A stretch of 64,000 nucleotides of DNA from an uncultured Gemmatimonadaceae bacterium (GTDB taxonomy: Bacteria > Gemmatimonadota > Gemmatimonadetes > Gemmatimonadales > Gemmatimonadaceae). The translations under genes and the position numbers were made by a program. Positions 58,045 through 64,000 of the stretch are shown in pieces (position 1 is the first letter of the stretch; every line of letters starts with the position of its first letter). Below the pieces are notes generated by a model. It was given only the letters and a program-made list of their open reading frames with translations. It did not search any database and was not told the origin of the DNA. The stretch lies in the NCBI GenBank assembly GCA_963761305.1, contig CAVXGK010000002.1, positions 1,856,001-1,920,000 on the forward strand, in the 5' to 3' direction.

Positions 58045-61000
58045 TTATTCGCGAGAAACGGACGTCGGTGGAATCTGTATCTCGGCTTCCCCCGCCTTTT
58101 TTCTCTTGGCATTCAAGGTCGCCAGGCCAGTGGTCCTGAGCGTCGCCCACCGCTTCATCACGACCGCGGCGTCCGCCTTGGCCTTCGCGACTGCGGCGAT
58201 CTGCGAAGCCGTCGGCGCGACTTCGGCGGCCTGCATCGCCATCGCGGCCGCCATTTGTGAATTTATGACTGTCTCGAGGTTCTGAGACTCCGGCGCCCCA
58301 CCCCCACCTCGGCCTCCACGACCGCCGCCGCCAAAACCGCCGCGTCCGCCACGACCGCCCACCGGTTGCGGCGGTGCGAGGGAATCCACGTCGCGCTTGA
58401 ACGCGGCGGCGTCCTCGCCGCTCGCGCCCTCGAGTTTCGCCGAGAGAGCGCGCGCCTGATCGTACGCCGCGTGCGCGGCGGCGGCACCGTTGTACATGTC
58501 GCGCGTCAACGTGGCGAGTTGGGTGAGCGCGACGGCCGGCGTCTTGACGCGCGGGTCGAGCCGGACGGTGATCGGCTGCGTGTACTGTTTTGCGTCGACA
58601 GTGAGTCGAACGGTGTATGCGCCAGGCGCGGCCCACGGCGATGCAACCGAGGGATACGTGTGGTGCGGGACCGCGCCTCCGGCTCCGCCACCGCCACCAC
58701 CACCTCCGCCCGCGCCGATCGGATCCAGCTTGAGATCCCACGAGAAACGATGAAATCCGGCGCGCGACGAGAGAACGATCGGCGGTGCGGGCCAATAGAG
58801 CGGCAGCGCGCAATCCGGTGCCGTCGGCGTGCGACGGCAGATCTGGTCGTACGCTTCCGGATCGAGCGCGGGATGCGGACTCATCACCGGGTCGGCGCTC
58901 GAGTAGTGACGAATCGTCTTCCCCGCGCCGTCGAGGATCTCGAGCGTCACGGGCGACGACGCGTCGGCGGCGAGGCTGTAGTCGATGATGCCGCCCGGCA
59001 TCGGATTCTCGCCCGCCGGCCATTCCGGCGGCCATGGCGTCGGGTCGTTCATGCCATATCGAACGCGCACCGCCGTACCCGGCTTGAACAGATATGCGCT
59101 CTTCGCGTCGTTCGCCGCGCGCGCCTCGGCGTCCTGCCGCAGCGGCGTGACGTCGTCGAGGATCCAGAAGCCGCGGCCGTGCGTCCCCGCGACGAGATCG
59201 GCGCAGAGACAGGTGCTGTCGTCCTTGAGCTCGAGGTCGCGCACCGAGATTGCCGGCATGTTGAACCGCAGCGAGCGCCAATGATCGCCGTCGTCGAACG
59301 ACACCCAGACCTGAACGTCCGTCGCAGCGTAGAGCAGACCTTTCTTTCGAGGATCCTCACGAATCGAGTTCGCCGCCGCGCCGCCCGCGATGCCGGTGTT
59401 GATCTCCGTCCACGTCTTGCCGCCGTCGTGCGTGCGCCAGAAATGCGGATTCGCGTCGTCGATGCGGAGGGTGTTCGCGGCCGCGTAAGCGGTCATGCCG
59501 TCGAAGTGACCCGCGTCGATGTTGAAGATGCGCGTCCACGGCTTGATCGCCGGCGGCGTCACGTTCTTCCACGTCGTGCCGCCGTCCGTCGTCACCGAGA
59601 TCACGCCGTCGTCGGTGCCCGTCCAGATCGTCTTGATGTCGCGCGGCGACGGCGAGAGCGCGGTGATGCTGCCCAGCGGCGCCGGCGCGACGACGCCCGA
59701 GTACTTCCCGGTGCTCGCCGGCGGCTCCCACGTCTGCCGCGTGAGATCGCCGCTGATGCGCGTCCAACTGTGCGCGTGGTCGACCGACTTGAACACGGCG
59801 TTCGACGCGTAGAACAGCGTCGCGTGATCGACCGGCGACCACTCGATCGGCATCGTGCGCACGTTGCGATTGAAATCCGCCCGCTGCTCGGCGCTCGGCC
59901 CTACCGCTGACGTCTGCCCCGTCTTCCGATTGTAGAGCGACACGCCCGTACGCTGGCTGCCGTACACCATGTCCGGATCCTTCGGATCGGGCGCCGCTTC
60001 GCCGTACTCCTGAATGTTCACCGGATGCCAGTCGTGGAACGTGATCTCGCCGTCGTTCCCTCGGCTGTCGACGCACGCCGAACCCGAATCCTGTTGTCCG
60101 CTGCAGACGCGATATGGGAAGCTGTTGTCGGTCGAGACGTGGTACATCGCCGCTGTCGGCTGCGTGTACCAGTTGCTCCACGACGCACCGCGATTCGCCG
60201 AGATGACCGCGCCTTGGTCCGAGACGACGAGCAGGATGTTCGGGTTGTTGGGGTTTACCCATGCCTTCTGGTAGTCGTCGCCGCCGGGCGCGCCGCGCAC
60301 GGCGGACCAGGTGACGCCGCCGTCTTCCGTGCGCCAGAACACGGTGGACGCGCTGTAGACGACGTTCTCGTTCTTCGAATCGACGGCGAGCGTTGGGAGA
60401 TCGCCGCCGCCGATGCGCGCCAGCGGCCGCGGATCCTGCTGCACGCCCCCGCCACCTCCACGCCCTCCGCCACGACCGCCGCCGCCGCCCGCGCTCAGCG
60501 CAGGGTTCACCACCGGCTGCCAGTGTTCGCCTGCGTCGGTCGATTTGTAGAAGTTCACCGTGCCCGTGACGTTGGCCGGACCTGCGCGACCGCCGCCCGC
60601 GCCGCCCCGTCCAGCCGCCGCCGGGAAATCACCGGCGATCGTTGCGTAGATCGTGCGAGAATTGCTCGGCGCGATCGCGAGGTTCGCCTGGAAGACCTGC
60701 GGCAGTCCTTCGGTGAGCGGTGTCCAGTGCGTGCCGCCGTCGATCGACTTGTAAATGCCGGTCCCCGAACCGCCGAAGCCGCCGCCTTCGATGAAGCTCT
60801 GCTGCTGCTGCCAGAGCGTGGCGTACACGATGTTGACGTTGGACGGGTCGATGCGCACGTCGTTGCCGCTCGTGTACTCATCCTTATATAGGACTTTCTC
60901 GAACGTCTTTCCGCCGTCGGTCGACCGAAAGATCCCCCGCTCGGCGTTCGGCCCGTAGGGATGCCCGAGCGCGGCGACAAAGAGCCGGTTCGGATTCGTC

Positions 61001-61443
61001 GGATCGACGTCGATCATCGCGATCATCTCGCTGTCGCGCAGCCCGAGGTGCGTCCAGGTCTTGCCGCCGTCGGTGGACTTGTACATGCCGTCGCCGATCG
61101 CGAGGTCGGGACGAATGATGCCCGCGCCGGTGCCGACGTAGATGACGTTGGGATCCGACGCCGCGACGCCGATCGCGCCGATCGATCCGGTCGGCTGGCT
61201 GTCGAACAGAGGCGTCCACGTCGATCCGTAGTCGGTCGACCGCCAGACTCCGCCGTTGTCGAATCCGGCGTAAAAGACATTGGGCTGCGACGGGACACCG
61301 GCCAGCGCGCGAGCGCGGCCGGCGCGCGTGGGTCCGATCGTTCGCCAGTGCAGCGGATACGAGTCGGACTGAGCGATGGCATTCGTGGCGAAGCTCGCGG
61401 CGATGATCGACGCGAGCGCGAATCGAACGGATCGAGTGGACAC
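58045..61443 (-). CDS. Large secreted VPS10/BNR (Asp-box) beta-propeller protein, glycosyl hydrolase-like
   Basis: WRTIGP.RAGR, repeated S.DGG.TW Asp-boxes, GQQDSG, GTHGRGFWILDD. Start could be 61497. Confidence 0.9.
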   Translation of the reverse strand: MSTRSVRFALASIIAASFATNAIAQSDSYPLHWRTIGPTRAGRARALAGVPSQPNVFYAGFDNGGVWRSTDYGSTWTPLFDSQPTGSIGAIGVAASDPNVIYVGTGAGIIRPDLAIGDGMYKSTDGGKTWTHLGLRDSEMIAMIDVDPTNPNRLFVAALGHPYGPNAERGIFRSTDGGKTFEKVLYKDEYTSGNDVRIDPSNVNIVYATLWQQQQSFIEGGGFGGSGTGIYKSIDGGTHWTPLTEGLPQVFQANLAIAPSNSRTIYATIAGDFPAAAGRGGAGGGRAGPANVTGTVNFYKSTDAGEHWQPVVNPALSAGGGGGRGGGRGGGGGVQQDPRPLARIGGGDLPTLAVDSKNENVVYSASTVFWRTEDGGVTWSAVRGAPGGDDYQKAWVNPNNPNILLVVSDQGAVISANRGASWSNWYTQPTAAMYHVSTDNSFPYRVCSGQQDSGSACVDSRGNDGEITFHDWHPVNIQEYGEAAPDPKDPDMVYGSQRTGVSLYNRKTGQTSAVGPSAEQRADFNRNVRTMPIEWSPVDHATLFYASNAVFKSVDHAHSWTRISGDLTRQTWEPPASTGKYSGVVAPAPLGSITALSPSPRDIKTIWTGTDDGVISVTTDGGTTWKNVTPPAIKPWTRIFNIDAGHFDGMTAYAAANTLRIDDANPHFWRTHDGGKTWTEINTGIAGGAAANSIREDPRKKGLLYAATDVQVWVSFDDGDHWRSLRFNMPAISVRDLELKDDSTCLCADLVAGTHGRGFWILDDVTPLRQDAEARAANDAKSAYLFKPGTAVRVRYGMNDPTPWPPEWPAGENPMPGGIIDYSLAADASSPVTLEILDGAGKTIRHYSSADPVMSPHPALDPEAYDQICRRTPTAPDCALPLYWPAPPIVLSSRAGFHRFSWDLKLDPIGAGGGGGGGGGAGGAVPHHTYPSVASPWAAPGAYTVRLTVDAKQYTQPITVRLDPRVKTPAVALTQLATLTRDMYNGAAAAHAAYDQARALSAKLEGASGEDAAAFKRDVDSLAPPQPVGGRGGRGGFGGGGRGGRGGGGAPESQNLETVINSQMAAAMAMQAAEVAPTASQIAAVAKAKADAAVVMKRWATLRTTGLATLNAKRKKAGEAEIQIPPTSVSRE

Positions 61444-61618
61444 GGGATCGACGGGTCGAATGGTTGAATGCGTCGGCTCCAAAGTGATCGCGGTCACCGG
61501 CTCGACTCAAGGGGTGGCGCTGGTCAGTAAGGATCATGTAGCGCTGTGGCCCTGCCCCGTTCCCGCCGGGTATAGTTATGCCGTTCACCTTCTACACGAA
61601 TCCGAGAGAGGACCGACC

Positions 61619-62308
61619 ATGCGCCGCGCTTTCATCTCGACCCTGACCGCCGCCTTCGCGCTCGCGCCGTTGATCGGCGCCGCGCAGGGCCAAGCAATGG
61701 ACGCCTCCCGAGCTGTCGCCGGCGGCGGCATCTCCGTGCCGGGTTGGGCCGGCAAGGCCGACGGTACCGCCAGCGTGGAAACCGCGAAGCTCACGAAGGA
61801 CGGCGACGCCCTGCACGTCATCACGGGTCCTGCCGTCGCGTACTGGAACCCCGCCAACAAGGCGAGCGGCGACTATACCGTGAAGGCGACATTTACGGAA
61901 CCGCAATACATGAACTTGAACAGCCACGATCACCCGTACGGCATCGTGATCGCCGGCAACGACATGGGCACCGACCAGCAGACCTACCTCTACTGCGCCG
62001 CCTACGGCGACGGCCGGTTCATCGTGCGCGGCTTCGGGCCGGGCGCGTTCAAGATGAACGGTCCGGGCGAGGCCAACCCGGCGATCCACAAGGCCGCCGC
62101 GAAAGGTGACAAGATCACTCAGGACATCGCCATGTCCGTGAAGGGCGACCAGGTGACGTGCTCGATCAATGGCGCGGTCGTCGGCACGTACAACAAGGCC
62201 GATCTCGTCGGACCGGGAAAGCTCAAGTCTCTCGACGGCGTTTACGGCATCCGCTTCGCCCATAATACGGAAGGGATGGTGACGGGGCTCACAAAGACCA
62301 CGCCGTAA
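61619..62308 (+). CDS. Secreted hypothetical protein, probable beta-sandwich
   Basis: GAGAGGA RBS; signal peptide; HVITGPA..YW, GDYTVKATF, GVYGIRFAHN. Confidence 0.8.
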   Translation: MRRAFISTLTAAFALAPLIGAAQGQAMDASRAVAGGGISVPGWAGKADGTASVETAKLTKDGDALHVITGPAVAYWNPANKASGDYTVKATFTEPQYMNLNSHDHPYGIVIAGNDMGTDQQTYLYCAAYGDGRFIVRGFGPGAFKMNGPGEANPAIHKAAAKGDKITQDIAMSVKGDQVTCSINGAVVGTYNKADLVGPGKLKSLDGVYGIRFAHNTEGMVTGLTKTTP

Positions 62309-62352
62309 AGACGCGGCTCGCAGTTCCCGACATAGCGGCAAGACTTTCGATC

Positions 62353-62396
62353 GACGACGGGCGGCGACACTTTCGCCGCCCGTTGTCTTTCGTTTT
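62353..62396 (+). terminator. Intrinsic terminator
   Basis: GACGACGGGCGGCGA-CACTT-TCGCCGCCCGTTGTC followed by TTTCGTTTT. Confidence 0.85.
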
Positions 62397-62436
62397 AGTT
62401 CAGTTCCCTCCGTTCCATCTCCCTCCGCAACACGCC

Positions 62437-64000
62437 ATGGCTTCCCGCCACCTGCTCTCACGCGTCGCACTCGCGACTGTCGCGCTCGCCGCGACCGCCG
62501 CGGCGCAACGGACGACGCAGTTCCCCACCGACGACGCCACGCTGCAGCGAATCTGGCGACTCGGCATGGACAGCTCGCACGTCCAGAAGCTGTCGCAGAC
62601 GCTCTTCGACTCGATCGGCCCGCGGCTCACCGGCGGTCCCGGACTGAAGAGCGCGAGCGATTGGGTGATCGACATGTACAAGTCGTGGGGCATCGAGGCG
62701 CGGCGCGAGCCATACGGCACGTGGCGCGGTTGGCGGCGCGGCCCATCGCACATCGACCTGGTGTCGCCGCGCGTCCGCTCGCTCGAGGGGATGATGCTCG
62801 CCTGGAGTCCGGGCACGAAGGGCGTGCCGGTCAAGGCACCGGTGATCGTCCTGCCCAAGTTCGCCGACAGCACCGAATTCGTGAAATGGCTGCCGCAGGC
62901 GCGCGGCAAGATCGTCATGCTCTCGCCCGCGTGGCCCACGTGCCGGCCGAGTGAGGACTGGTTCCGCTGGTCCACGCCGGAGTCGATGGCGCGCATGGAC
63001 ACGCTCGTCGCTCAAATGCAGCAGGACTGGGCGGTCAGCCCGGACAGCAACAAGCTCTATCGAGGCACCGGCTACTCGCTCGCGCTCGGCACCGGCACGC
63101 TCGGCATGCGGCTCGAAAAAGCGGGCGTCGTCGGAATGATCACGTCGCGCACAAAGCTCAGCGGCTTCCCGAATCCATTCCCGGGCGCCGACGCCGGACG
63201 CGGCGGACGCGGGTTCGGGCGCGGTGGAACGCCCGGCCCGGCGAGCGCACGCGGCGGCGGCGGTCCCGGCGCGTCGATCACCGCGGGCGGCACTGAGCCC
63301 GCGGGCGGCCGCGGTGGCCGCGGCGGCGGACGTGGCGGCGGCGGCACGACCGGCACCGGCGGCTGGGGCACGATCGAGGTCTTCGAGAGCTACAACACGA
63401 TCGCGCCCGCGGTCACGCTCACCTGCGAGGACTACGGTCTGCTCTTCCGTCTCGCCGAGAACAATCAAAAGCCCGTCGTGCGGCTCGACCTCGACGCGCA
63501 ATTGCTCGGCGAGCAGCCGGTGTTCAATACGGTCGCCGTCATCAAGGGCACCGAGAAGCCGAACGAATACGTGATGCTCTCGGCGCACTTCGATTCGTGG
63601 GACGGATCGTCGGGCGCGACGGACAACGGCACCGGGACGATGATGGCCATGGAGGCGATGAGAATCCTCAAATTGGCCTACCCGCATCCCAAGCGGACGA
63701 TCATGGTCGGCCACTGGGCGAGCGAGGAACAAGGGCTCAACGGCTCGACGGCCTTCACCGAAGACCACCCCGAGGTCATGAAGGGGCTTCAGGCGCTGTT
63801 CAACCAGGACAACGGCACTGGGCGCGTGCAGTCGGTGTCGTCGTCGGGCCTCACCGACATCGGCCGGCACCTCAAGGCGTGGTACGAGAAGTTGCCCAGC
63901 TTTTACACGGACAGCATGAGTCCGAACGTCGTGTCGTGGAGCTTCAACGACGTGCCGACGGGCAATCCCGGCGGCACCGACGGCGCGGTCTTCGCCTGCA
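62437..64000 (+). CDS. Secreted M28-family peptidase, truncated by the window edge
   Basis: Absent from the ORF track. Manual translation: MASRHLLSRVALATVALAATAAAQ...DSIGPRLTG...SAHFDSWD..GATDNGTG...SEEQGLNGS. Confidence 0.92.
   Translation, partial: MASRHLLSRVALATVALAATAAAQRTTQFPTDDATLQRIWRLGMDSSHVQKLSQTLFDSIGPRLTGGPGLKSASDWVIDMYKSWGIEARREPYGTWRGWRRGPSHIDLVSPRVRSLEGMMLAWSPGTKGVPVKAPVIVLPKFADSTEFVKWLPQARGKIVMLSPAWPTCRPSEDWFRWSTPESMARMDTLVAQMQQDWAVSPDSNKLYRGTGYSLALGTGTLGMRLEKAGVVGMITSRTKLSGFPNPFPGADAGRGGRGFGRGGTPGPASARGGGGPGASITAGGTEPAGGRGGRGGGRGGGGTTGTGGWGTIEVFESYNTIAPAVTLTCEDYGLLFRLAENNQKPVVRLDLDAQLLGEQPVFNTVAVIKGTEKPNEYVMLSAHFDSWDGSSGATDNGTGTMMAMEAMRILKLAYPHPKRTIMVGHWASEEQGLNGSTAFTEDHPEVMKGLQALFNQDNGTGRVQSVSSSGLTDIGRHLKAWYEKLPSFYTDSMSPNVVSWSFNDVPTGNPGGTDGAVFAC

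Noticed and set aside
226..63870. Many long alternative-frame and antisense ORFs (e.g. 2274-3893, 22446-23921, 58366-59910, 62458-63870)
   Set aside because: Shadow ORFs typical of high-GC DNA; they overlap motif-supported genes and are Arg/Ala/Pro-rich with no recognisable motifs.

Overview
High-GC bacterial chromosomal window with about 50 genes. The gene repertoire (four ADOP-type duplicated ABC permeases, two paired with PadR; many exported peptidases; TTTPEP-type sorting signals) suggests Gemmatimonadota or a related lineage; this taxonomy is an inference. Contents: exported hydrolases (M14, M1, S9, M19, M20, two M28, a VPS10/BNR-repeat protein), argJ, cutC, cydAB, ogt, a ComD/ComE-like decarboxylase-cyclase cluster, and a norQ-norD pair with no norCB in the window. 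The most unusual locus is 53600-56868: two tandem 54-55 aa genes that consist only of a signal peptide, a 7-8 residue mature core and a PEP-CTERM sorting signal. They lie next to a copper amine oxidase and a CAAX/CPBP protease resembling the PEP-CTERM-associated family. Also seen: two single-base frameshifts (probably assembly errors), many apparently leaderless genes, sigma54-like promoters with upstream palindromes, and several families of intergenic periodic or palindromic repeats. I found no rRNA, tRNA, CRISPR array or transposase. All functional calls come from motif recognition by eye; no database searches were run.
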